Notes under the pieces: generated by a model
What the model saw: the letters and a program-made list of their open reading frames with translations, nothing else
Database searches by the model: none
Told to the model about the DNA's origin: nothing
Source of the DNA: an uncultured Actinomycetota bacterium
GTDB lineage: Bacteria > Actinomycetota > Thermoleophilia > RBG-16-64-13
Length of the DNA: 64,000 nt
Reading direction: 5' to 3'
Assembly (NCBI GenBank): GCA_963822135.1
Contig: CAWGGI010000010.1
Coordinates: 129,674 to 193,673, forward strand
In this document: positions 56,836 to 64,000 of the stretch, piece after piece
Position numbering within the stretch: position 1 is the stretch's first letter
Layout: the number at the start of each line of letters is the position of its first letter
Position numbers and translations under genes: made by a program

Positions 56836-57498
56836 TCAGGCCGAGTCGGCGGCCAGCGCCTCGAGTCTCTCCTGGATGAACCGCTCGGCGTCCTGCAGGT
56901 CCTGCTCGTTGGGCCGGTCGCGGATGTCGCCGTGATAGGTGAGGGGCGTGGGGTCGTCGAGATATCGGCCCGGGCACGAGAAGCGGCCGACGCACTCGAA
57001 GCCGAGGTGCATGATCTCGAGCTCGAGCAGCGACAGGGTCGGCTCCGCCTCCTTGGGGCCGAACTCGTACCCGCTATACGTGGCGAAGACGACTGCTTTC
57101 GGCGAATCGGGGGCGAGTTCGATCCGGCTATGGCGGGCCACCAAGCTCTTGTCCTGCCAGGGCGACGGTGTCTCCGGCAATGGCTCGGTGATGTAGGGGA
57201 TGGTCTCGTCCCGCCAGCGCAGGGCATGCCGCGGGTCGACCCCGAGCCGCAGCCGGCGAAGGACGTTGAGGACCTCGTTGTAGGGCAGGTGTGATCTGAT
57301 GCCCGAGCCCACGCACACGAAGTCGTAGTCACGCGGGTCGAACTGGGGTCGCAGGATGTCGTCGGCGGTCTTGCGCACCTTGAAGCGGTCGCACTCCCAG
57401 CCGTTCCTCTCGAAGGTGGTCTGGAACCTCGCGGCCACCTTGTCGGTGTTCCCGGTGACGGACGCGTAGAAGATGAGGCTCCTCTTGCCCGCTTCCAT
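56836..57498 (-). CDS. flavodoxin-like protein
   Basis: Intact 220 aa. SLIFYASVTGNTDKVA is a flavodoxin FMN-phosphate loop. Starts 2 nt downstream of the TetR gene on the same strand. Confidence 0.6.
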   Translation of the reverse strand: MEAGKRSLIFYASVTGNTDKVAARFQTTFERNGWECDRFKVRKTADDILRPQFDPRDYDFVCVGSGIRSHLPYNEVLNVLRRLRLGVDPRHALRWRDETIPYITEPLPETPSPWQDKSLVARHSRIELAPDSPKAVVFATYSGYEFGPKEAEPTLSLLELEIMHLGFECVGRFSCPGRYLDDPTPLTYHGDIRDRPNEQDLQDAERFIQERLEALAADSA

Positions 57499-57499
57499 G

Positions 57500-58189
57500 T
57501 CAGCCCTCCTTGCCTGTTCGGGTCCCGGTGGAGTAGGTGGCCAGCAGCCGTTCGAAGATCCGGTTGGACGCGCCCTCAGAGATGAACTGGTCGACCCCCA
57601 TCATCCGAGCGATGTCCTCGCCCCACGCGTGAAGGAAGAGCGACCACGCGACATCGCCCGAGTCGACGTCCGGGTGGATGCCTCCCTGGCGCTTGCCTTC
57701 GTCCACCAACCCTATCAGGTAGCGGAAGTCCTTCTGCTGGTGTCTGGTGATGGTCCGGCTGAGACTCGTCTGCCGGTTGGAAGCGATCAGCTGGAAGAAC
57801 GGACGAACGAAGGTGTTGTACTCGGAGAGCGCCCAGGAGGAGTGCGCCTCGCCGATCTCGAGCAGCCGCTGGGCCACGTCCGGGTTGGTGGACACGGCCA
57901 TCCATCCCGACGACCGCTCGTGCCAGAGATCCAGCGCCGCCTCAAGCACGGCCTCTCGGTCGGGGAAGTGCTGGTAGAGGGCCCCTCGGGAGATACCTGC
58001 AGCCTGCGCGATGCGCGACACCGTCGTTCCCTGCCACCCGTACTTGCCGATCAAGTCGACGGTCGCCTCGACGATCTCGCGCTGCCGTTCGGCCTTCGGC
58101 TTGCGCACGAACTTCTTGGCGCCGCTCTTCTGGGCCTTCTCAGACATCCCCGGCATCCACCGGCCCTCCTTCGCCTCCGCCTTTGGCAA
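57500..58189 (-). CDS. TetR/AcrR family transcriptional regulator (paralogue of 29936-30580)
   Basis: Intact. TTVSRIAQAAGISRGALYQHFPDREAVL. Shares VRPFF.L.AS and EGKRQG.I..DV...DVAW.L blocks with the other TetR. Confidence 0.85.
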   Translation of the reverse strand: MPKAEAKEGRWMPGMSEKAQKSGAKKFVRKPKAERQREIVEATVDLIGKYGWQGTTVSRIAQAAGISRGALYQHFPDREAVLEAALDLWHERSSGWMAVSTNPDVAQRLLEIGEAHSSWALSEYNTFVRPFFQLIASNRQTSLSRTITRHQQKDFRYLIGLVDEGKRQGGIHPDVDSGDVAWSLFLHAWGEDIARMMGVDQFISEGASNRIFERLLATYSTGTRTGKEG

Positions 58190-58222
58190 CCCGCTCCAGT
58201 CAGTCCGCGCCCCGCCGGGTCA

Positions 58223-58268
58223 TTGACAGGCCACCGGCGCCGGTGCTACGTTGTTGAACGTGCGTTCA
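58223..58268 (+). promoter_or_regulatory. promoter plus overlapping palindromic operator upstream of the ADH operon
   Basis: TTGACA (58223-58228), 18 nt spacer, TACGTT (58247-58252), then the palindrome TGAACGtgCGTTCA (58255-58268). Confidence 0.5.
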
Positions 58269-58343
58269 GGATAACTCATTTCTGAGGCCGCGCGTCAAGC
58301 TTCGGACGGCGACAGGCAAGCAGCGAACGAAGGGGAGTGAGCG

Positions 58344-59453
58344 ATGAGTCCCATCCCGGAGACCTGTAAGGCGGCGGTTCTCGTGGAATACGGCAGACCG
58401 CTGGAGATCCAGGAGGTCGCCATCCCCGAGATCGGGCCCGGGGCCATCCTGGTCAAGGTGCTCATGGCCGGTATCTGCGGCACCGACGTCCATCAGCAGA
58501 AGGGCGAGCTGACCATCAAGAGCCCGCTCCCCAACATCCAAGGCCACGAGACAATCGGGCGGATCGTCACGCTGGGCGAAGGCCGGGTCAAGGACGCGGC
58601 GGGTGCGCCTCTCGCGGTGGGCGACCGCATCATGTGGGCTCACGCCGATTGCGGTGAATGCTACTGGTGCAACATCGCCCGCGATCCGGTGCTGTGCGCC
58701 CGCAGATCCGGGTACGGCTGGGCTCCGCCTGTCGCGCTGCGCGGCGGGTTCGCCGAGTACGAGTACGTCACCCCGGCCACCAATGTCGTCCGGGTACCCG
58801 ACGAGCTCACCGAGGAAGAGGCGGTCGGGGTCGGCTGCGCGTTCCGCACGGTGATGGCTGGGTACGAGCGCTTCGGCCGGGTGGGTCTTATGGAGGACTT
58901 CGTCATCCAGGGCTGCGGTCCCATCGGGCTGTACTGCACCGTGGTCGCCCGGGAGAGCGGCGCGCGCACGGTGATCGTGGTCGGCGCGCCGGCGAACCGA
59001 TTGGAGCTGGCGAAGCGGTGGGGAGCCGACCATGTGATCGATATCGAGCAGGTCCCCTCGGCCGACGAGCGTCGGCAGATGATCCTCGATCTCACTCAAG
59101 GCCGGGGTCCCGAGAACGTGGTCGAGGCCACGGGGGTGCCGGTGGCCTTCAACGAAGGGCTGGACATGATCCAGAAGGGCGGCAAGTATCTGATCCTGGG
59201 TCAGACCTCGGCCCGCACCACGGAGTTCATGCCCAGCAAGATCAACGAGAAGGGGCTCACCATCGTGGGCAGCGTCTCGGCTCACATCGTCCACTTCTAC
59301 AAGGCGCTGCAGTTCGTCAAGACGCATCGGGCGAAGTACCCGTTCGCCGATATCGTCAGCCGCAAGTACCAGCTCGAGGACATCAACCAAGCGCTGGCCG
59401 ATATGGCGGCCGGCAAAGAGATCAAGCCGGTCATCGACAGCCGGGGACGCTGA
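58344..59453 (+). CDS. zinc-dependent alcohol dehydrogenase (MDR family)
   Basis: Intact 369 aa. GICGTDVH, GHETIG, CGECYWC (structural Zn), GCGPIGL (NAD fold). Confidence 0.85.
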   Translation: MSPIPETCKAAVLVEYGRPLEIQEVAIPEIGPGAILVKVLMAGICGTDVHQQKGELTIKSPLPNIQGHETIGRIVTLGEGRVKDAAGAPLAVGDRIMWAHADCGECYWCNIARDPVLCARRSGYGWAPPVALRGGFAEYEYVTPATNVVRVPDELTEEEAVGVGCAFRTVMAGYERFGRVGLMEDFVIQGCGPIGLYCTVVARESGARTVIVVGAPANRLELAKRWGADHVIDIEQVPSADERRQMILDLTQGRGPENVVEATGVPVAFNEGLDMIQKGGKYLILGQTSARTTEFMPSKINEKGLTIVGSVSAHIVHFYKALQFVKTHRAKYPFADIVSRKYQLEDINQALADMAAGKEIKPVIDSRGR

Positions 59454-59502
59454 CCAGGCGCCAAGGAGCAGCCGGCGACCCCCACAGACGCGAGGCGGGA
59501 AG

Positions 59503-60504
59503 ATGCAATATCGGAGGATGGGCAAGTCCGGCCTCAAGCTCTCGGCTATCACTCTCGGCACGCTCTGGTTCGGGTCGAAGATCGATGAGGCGGCCTCTAT
59601 CCGGATCGTCCATCACGCGCTCGATGCCGGAGTGAACTGCGTCGACACCGCCGACATCTACGGCAAGGATCGGTGGGACACCCCGTGCCGGGGCCCGGCC
59701 GAAGAGATCGTGGGGAAGGCCCTCAAGGGCCGCCGGCAGTCGGTGGTGCTCGCTACCAAGGTGGCCGCCCTCACCGGTCCCGGCGCCAACGACCGGGGAC
59801 TCAGCCGCAAGCACATCACTGAGGGCGTGCACGAGAGTCTCAGGCGGTTGCAGACCGACTATATCGACATCTACTACCTTCACGAGCCCGACTACACGAC
59901 TCCTCTCGAGGAGTCGCTGGAGACCCTGGGCGACCTGGTCCGGCAGGGGAAGATCCTCTACATAGGGTTGTCCAACTACTATGCCTGGCAGGTCTGTAAG
60001 GCCCTCTGGTACGCCGACAAGGCGAATCTCGCCGGAGTCGCCTGCATCCAGATGGTCTACAACCTCATCGCCCGCGACAGCGAGCTGGAGATGACCCGCT
60101 TGTGCGAGGCCGAGGGGATCGGGATCAACGCGTGGGGCGCGCTCGCCGGGGGCATGCTGTCGGGGAAGTATCTGGAGTGCGATCCGACCCAGCCCCCGCC
60201 GCCGGGCGTCAAGCCCTATCCCGCCACGTGGGAGCCAAGGTACTTCGAGGCGGTCAAGCGCCTTCAAGAGATCGCCGGCGACAGAAGCCTGGCGCAGCTC
60301 TCCTTGGCCTGGCTGTTGCACGACCCCCTGGTGAGCTCGATCGTCTGCGGGGTCTCTTCCCGGGAGCAACTCGAGGAGAACCTCGGTGCCCTCGACCTGG
60401 AGCTGAGCGCAGACGATCTCGAGGCATGTGACGAGGTGTGGCGGAGGCTCAGACCCACCCCCACCATGTTCTACGCGAGGGGCTACGGCATCGAGTTCAA
60501 GTAG
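59503..60504 (+). CDS. aldo/keto reductase
   Basis: Intact 333 aa. MQYRRMGKSGLKLSAITLGT, DTADIYG, IDIYYLHEPD, YIGLSNY. Confidence 0.85.
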   Translation: MQYRRMGKSGLKLSAITLGTLWFGSKIDEAASIRIVHHALDAGVNCVDTADIYGKDRWDTPCRGPAEEIVGKALKGRRQSVVLATKVAALTGPGANDRGLSRKHITEGVHESLRRLQTDYIDIYYLHEPDYTTPLEESLETLGDLVRQGKILYIGLSNYYAWQVCKALWYADKANLAGVACIQMVYNLIARDSELEMTRLCEAEGIGINAWGALAGGMLSGKYLECDPTQPPPPGVKPYPATWEPRYFEAVKRLQEIAGDRSLAQLSLAWLLHDPLVSSIVCGVSSREQLEENLGALDLELSADDLEACDEVWRRLRPTPTMFYARGYGIEFK

Positions 60505-60578
60505 GGCAGACACGCGGCATCGAGGTCAGGAAGACCGCCGGTGCGCGAAACCGGCACGCGACCCGAGGAGGGGTGATC

Positions 60579-61388
60579 GTGAGCTTCAAACCGTTTCTAC
60601 GGCCCAACAAGGTGCTCGAGGCACTGGCGCGAGGCGACACACCGCTCGGCATGCAGATGTACACGCACGATCCCGACCTGGTGGAGATCGTGGGCTACAC
60701 GGGCTTCGACTTCGTCATGCTCGACATGGAGCACAACCGGACCAACCCGGAGACCATGGTGCATCTCATTCGGGCGGCGGAGGTCTCGGGACTTACGCCT
60801 CTGGTGCGGGTGGGGGCCAACGACGCCTTCCTCATCCGCTCAGCGGTCGAATCTGGGGCGCAGGGGATCGTCGTGCCCCACGTGAAGACCGCCGATGAGG
60901 CCAGAGCCGCGATGGCCGCCGGCCACTATCCGCCCGAGGGGCGCTGCGGCATCTGTCCGGCCATCCGGGCTTCCGGCTATTCCCAGGGCAACTGGGAGGA
61001 GTACATGGCGGCCTCCAACCGGCAGATCATGTTCATCCCTCTGCTGGAGGACGTGGAGGCCATCGACAACGCGGAGGAGATCATCGCCGTCCTCAAGCCC
61101 GGCCGCGACGCGGTCGGGGTCGGCGGGGCCGACATCAGCAACGCGCTGCTCAAAGAGCCGGGCGAACGGGTGCAGTGGGCACACCCCTATCTGCGCGAGG
61201 CCAACCAGAAAGTGAAGGCCATCTGCGAGGCGAAGAGCATCCCCATCATGGGTATGGCCTTCCCCACGTCCGACAAGGCAGGCGTCGAGACCGCCAAGGC
61301 CAACGGCACCAAGATCGTCATCTTCTACCCCGATAGTCACATCTTCTACGAGGCATGCCGCCAGATCATCGCCGAAGTCCGCGGATGA
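60579..61388 (+). CDS. HpcH/HpaI aldolase / citrate-lyase-beta family protein
   Basis: GTG 60579 follows GAGGAGGGG. GFDFVMLDMEHN, PLVRV, GAQGIVVPHVKTADEA, IPLLEDVEAIDN. Confidence 0.75.
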   Translation: MSFKPFLRPNKVLEALARGDTPLGMQMYTHDPDLVEIVGYTGFDFVMLDMEHNRTNPETMVHLIRAAEVSGLTPLVRVGANDAFLIRSAVESGAQGIVVPHVKTADEARAAMAAGHYPPEGRCGICPAIRASGYSQGNWEEYMAASNRQIMFIPLLEDVEAIDNAEEIIAVLKPGRDAVGVGGADISNALLKEPGERVQWAHPYLREANQKVKAICEAKSIPIMGMAFPTSDKAGVETAKANGTKIVIFYPDSHIFYEACRQIIAEVRG

Positions 61389-61425
61389 GCCGCGCGGGTG
61401 CCGGGCGCGGAGCCGGGAGCAGCGC

Positions 61426-62170
61426 ATGAAGCTCTACGTGTTCGATTGCGGGCACGCGCATCTGCCCGACCTGAGCCATCTGACTCCCGACCGCAACGTG
61501 GGAAGGCCGGTCACCATCCCCATCCTCACGTTCCTCATCGACCACCCGAAAGGGCTGGTGCTCTTCGATACCGGTGTCGACACCGACCAGGCCGACGACC
61601 CTGTCTTGGAGGTCTCGCCCGAGCTGCGCGTGGACAGGCAGATGAGGCGGCTCGGATACGACCCGGGAGACGTGCGGTACGTCATCCTCTCCCATCTGCA
61701 TCTGGACCACGTCGGCTGCATGCCGCTCTTCCCGGATGCCACCTTCATCGTCCGGCGGCAGGAGTTGCGAGCTGCCTGGTGGCCGGACGCCTACGAGCGG
61801 GGCTACGACTTCGAGGCGCTCTTGAAGACGCGTCGTCTGAAGTACCTGCAGCCGGGGGCGGACGAGGCGTTCGATGTCTTTGGGGATGGCTCGCTGGTCT
61901 GCATCGACACCAAGGGACACACCGAGGGCCACCAATCGCTGGTGGTGGACCTGCCCCAATCCGGCAGGGTCGTTCTGGTGGGAGATGCCGCCCAGGTCCT
62001 GGAGAACTTCACCGACCTGGTCCCCCCGGGCGTCTGCTGGAACAGCCAGCTGGCCGTCGAGGCCATACAGAGACTGCGGCACCTGGAGGCCAACGGGGCG
62101 CTGGTGATTCTGGGTCACGAGATGTCGGCCCTCGCCGGGCTGCAGGCTCGCGCCGGAGTACTACGAATGA
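61426..62170 (+). CDS. MBL-fold N-acyl-homoserine-lactonase (AiiA)-like hydrolase (frame change near 62130)
   Basis: MKLYVFDCG, LIDHPKGLVLFDTG, SHLHLDHVG (HxHxDH), TKGHTEGH, VLVGDAA. The expected C-terminus LAPEYYE* is in the +1 frame and ends at TGA 62168-62170. Confidence 0.75.
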
Positions 62171-62443
62171 GCCCGGGCGCCCGCCTCGGCGATGGCCACA
62201 ACGAGTGCCGATGCTGCACGTTGACAAGAGAAGGCCGGGTGCGTAAGCTGGCGGCATTGGGGGCAATGCTGAACCAAGTTCCGCCTACACAACTTCGGAA
62301 CTGCGGAGTGGACGTATCGCGGTGGGCAAGATCGTGCTCGAAGGACATATCGAGGAAATGATGTCCAACGACTCGGTGCGCCGGGGCATTCTCGGACTGA
62401 ACCCCGCGTTGTGCAGGGGGTTTTATGGTGCTGCATCACCGAC

Positions 62444-62472
62444 TTGACAGGGAACCTCCAACTCTCTAGGAT
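62444..62472 (+). promoter_or_regulatory. promoter of iclR, probably giving a leaderless mRNA
   Basis: TTGACA (62444-62449), 17 nt spacer, TAGGAT (62467-62472). ATG 62480 begins 7 nt after the -10 element and has no Shine-Dalgarno sequence. Confidence 0.5.
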
Positions 62473-62479
62473 GTGGGGC

Positions 62480-63382
62480 ATGGACGCTATGCTGAACTCG
62501 ATATCGTCTACTGAACAGCAAGCGGCAGAAGCAGTGGAGGGGGGCGGCAAGGATTCCTACCTTCAGCTGGTCCCTGCCGTCGATCAGGCCGTCCGCCTTC
62601 TCGTTTCCCTGGCCAACACCGTGGGCGGCGAAGCCTCTCTGACCCAGTTGACCAAAGAGGTCGGGATCAGCAAGAGCAAAGGGCTCGCCATTCTCAACAC
62701 TCTGCGCAACGCGGGGCTTGTGGACCGTGACGACCGGTCAAAGAACTACTCGCTGGGGCCGAATCTGCTGCTGCTCAGCCGGGCCTTCATCAACAACACC
62801 GATCTGGCCCGCGCGGCCACGCCGTACCTGGAAGACCTTGCGGCCAAGACCGGCTGCAGCATCCACCTGGGTGTCGTCTCCGGTGAGACCTTGTTCGTCG
62901 TCGCCCGCCGCCACGCGCCCGGGGGCTCCTACATCCCCATCGACGTGGGACACCGCTATCCGCTGACCTGGGGCGCGCACGGTCGGGCGTATCTGGCCAC
63001 CCTTCCCCCGGAAGAATTGGAACGTCGTCTGAGCCACTCGGCGATCATTCAGGCGGGCGAGACCGATCGTGACCAGATCGATCGGGATACGCTGCGGATC
63101 CAGGTAGAGGAAGCGAGGCGGGTGGGCTACGGCAAGAGCCTGGGGACCACCTGGTCGGGGCTGAACGCGGTGAGCGCGGTGCTGACCTCCGAGACCCCCG
63201 ACACCCTCGATGGGCGGCGTGTAGTCGGGTGTCTGGTGGCGGTGGGCTCTTTCGAGCCTGAGCGCGTCGCCCAGGCCGGAGAACTGCTGGTGCAGGCTGC
63301 CGCCGAGATGAGCAAACGGCTGGGCCCCCTGCTCCAGTCGGTCAACCTTCACTTCCCCCTCACGAGGCCGCTGTTGATGTAG
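62480..63382 (+). CDS. IclR family transcriptional regulator
   Basis: Intact. VDQAVRLLVSLANTVGGEASLTQLTKEVGISKSKGLAILNTLRNAGLV (wHTH) plus an IclR effector domain. In-frame alternative starts at 62471 and 62489. Confidence 0.85.
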   Translation: MDAMLNSISSTEQQAAEAVEGGGKDSYLQLVPAVDQAVRLLVSLANTVGGEASLTQLTKEVGISKSKGLAILNTLRNAGLVDRDDRSKNYSLGPNLLLLSRAFINNTDLARAATPYLEDLAAKTGCSIHLGVVSGETLFVVARRHAPGGSYIPIDVGHRYPLTWGAHGRAYLATLPPEELERRLSHSAIIQAGETDRDQIDRDTLRIQVEEARRVGYGKSLGTTWSGLNAVSAVLTSETPDTLDGRRVVGCLVAVGSFEPERVAQAGELLVQAAAEMSKRLGPLLQSVNLHFPLTRPLLM

Positions 63383-63424
63383 CACGTGCGCGTGCTCGGG
63401 ATCCCTTCGGAAGACAAGGACGTC

Positions 63425-64000
63425 ATGACAAGCGCCAAACCCAGCGACAAGCAGCCCGACGCCACGCAACTGTTCGTCACGAACTTCCATGGCGTCACGT
63501 TCGACGACCTGCCGCCGGAGGTGGTCAGCATCACCAAGGACCAGGTGCTTGACTTTTTCGGGGTGGCTCTGGGTGGTTCGGGCGAGGCCGGGGTCACAGA
63601 GATGAGGGATCTGGTGCTGGAGTGGGGCGGGACCCCGCAGAGCACCATCCTTCGCTTCGGGGACAAGCTGCCGGCACCCAATGCCGCCCAGGTGAACGCC
63701 ACCATGGCCCACTCTCTGGACTTCGACGACGTGCACGAAGACGCCATCATGCACCCGGGGGTCGTGGCCATCCCGACCGCCCTGGCCATGAGTGAATACG
63801 TGGGGGGCGTGAGCGGCAAGGAATTCATCGCGGCGGTGGCGGTCGGCACGGATTTCATCTGCCGGCTGGGTCTTGCCACCCGGCCGGGCGAGAGCATCCA
63901 CCAGTACGGGTGGCATCTCACCACGCTGTTCGGCTACATGACGGCGGCCGGAATCGCCGCGCGGCTCCTCGGTCTGGACGAAGTGGGCATCACCAACGCG
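63425..64000 (+). CDS. MmgE/PrpD family protein (2-methylcitrate dehydratase-like), 3' end outside window
   Basis: An open frame from ATG 63425 runs to the window edge. DLPPEVVSITKDQVLDFFGVALGG, NATMAHSLDFDDVHEDAIMHPG. Confidence 0.75.
   Translation, partial: MTSAKPSDKQPDATQLFVTNFHGVTFDDLPPEVVSITKDQVLDFFGVALGGSGEAGVTEMRDLVLEWGGTPQSTILRFGDKLPAPNAAQVNATMAHSLDFDDVHEDAIMHPGVVAIPTALAMSEYVGGVSGKEFIAAVAVGTDFICRLGLATRPGESIHQYGWHLTTLFGYMTAAGIAARLLGLDEVGITNA

Noticed and set aside
62171-62443. Possible small gene or gene remnant after the lactonase (frame reading ..VGKIVLEGHIEEMMSNDSVRRGILGLNPALCRGF..) and a weak hairpin AACCCC-N10-GGGGTTTT at about 62399-62424.
   Set aside because: There is no start codon with a ribosome-binding site and no recognisable family. 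The long read-through of the track ORF 61426-62361 is explained by a frame change just before the expected LAPEYYE* terminus. The hairpin stem is only 5-6 bp.

Overview
GC-rich bacterial chromosomal window (third codon positions almost all G/C; TTGACA-N17-TAnnnT promoters and one probable leaderless start suggest an actinobacterial or Chloroflexi-like genome, but I cannot assign a taxon). I count about 65 protein genes and see no rRNA, tRNA, CRISPR array, transposase or phage genes. Layout: (1) 1-9.0 kb holds the pdxT tail, alanine dehydrogenase and an hdrCBA-mvhD(flxD)-flxCBA-like flavin-based electron-bifurcation cluster. All of these are riddled with single-base frame changes. (2) 9.1-14.9 kb is a visibly lower-GC patch with an esterase, a Zn-ribbon-CPBP protease, vapBC, an SDR+cupin pair and an HD protein. 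(3) 14.9-25 kb holds a TetR-controlled sugar ABC transporter, esterase, GntR, MBL hydrolase, IlvD/Edd-family dehydratase and two SDRs. (4) 25-38 kb is the most interesting part: a B12-binding corrinoid protein, two paralogous URO-D/MtaA-family methyltransferases, two paralogous Isf-like Fe-S flavoproteins with a C-terminal 4-Cys ribbon, a MerR-TetR fusion regulator, a tandem EthD-like protein and a TetR-controlled Liv-type ABC importer. No RamA/RACo-type activase or pterin-binding methyltransferase is present in the window. (5) 38-49 kb holds a Phd/PIN TA pair, a CMD-FeS oxidoreductase-etfAB operon, lysR, an acyl-CoA dehydrogenase and a homologue pair of the pyrogallol-phloroglucinol transhydroxylase (Mo subunit plus Fe-S/Ig-like subunit). 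(6) 49-64 kb holds yaiI, a Kelch protein, nrfHA (NrfA has CxxCH at heme 1), an SDR-SnoaL-bicupin-cupin-SDR cluster built on an uncharacterised cupin family, then TetR-flavodoxin, ADH, AKR, an HpcH aldolase, an AiiA-like lactonase, IclR and PrpD. Coordinates of frameshifted genes are envelopes assembled by eye from several frames. About 50 frame changes were tracked by hand and most are +1. They look more like insertion-biased sequencing error than biology, so these genes are typed CDS rather than pseudogene.
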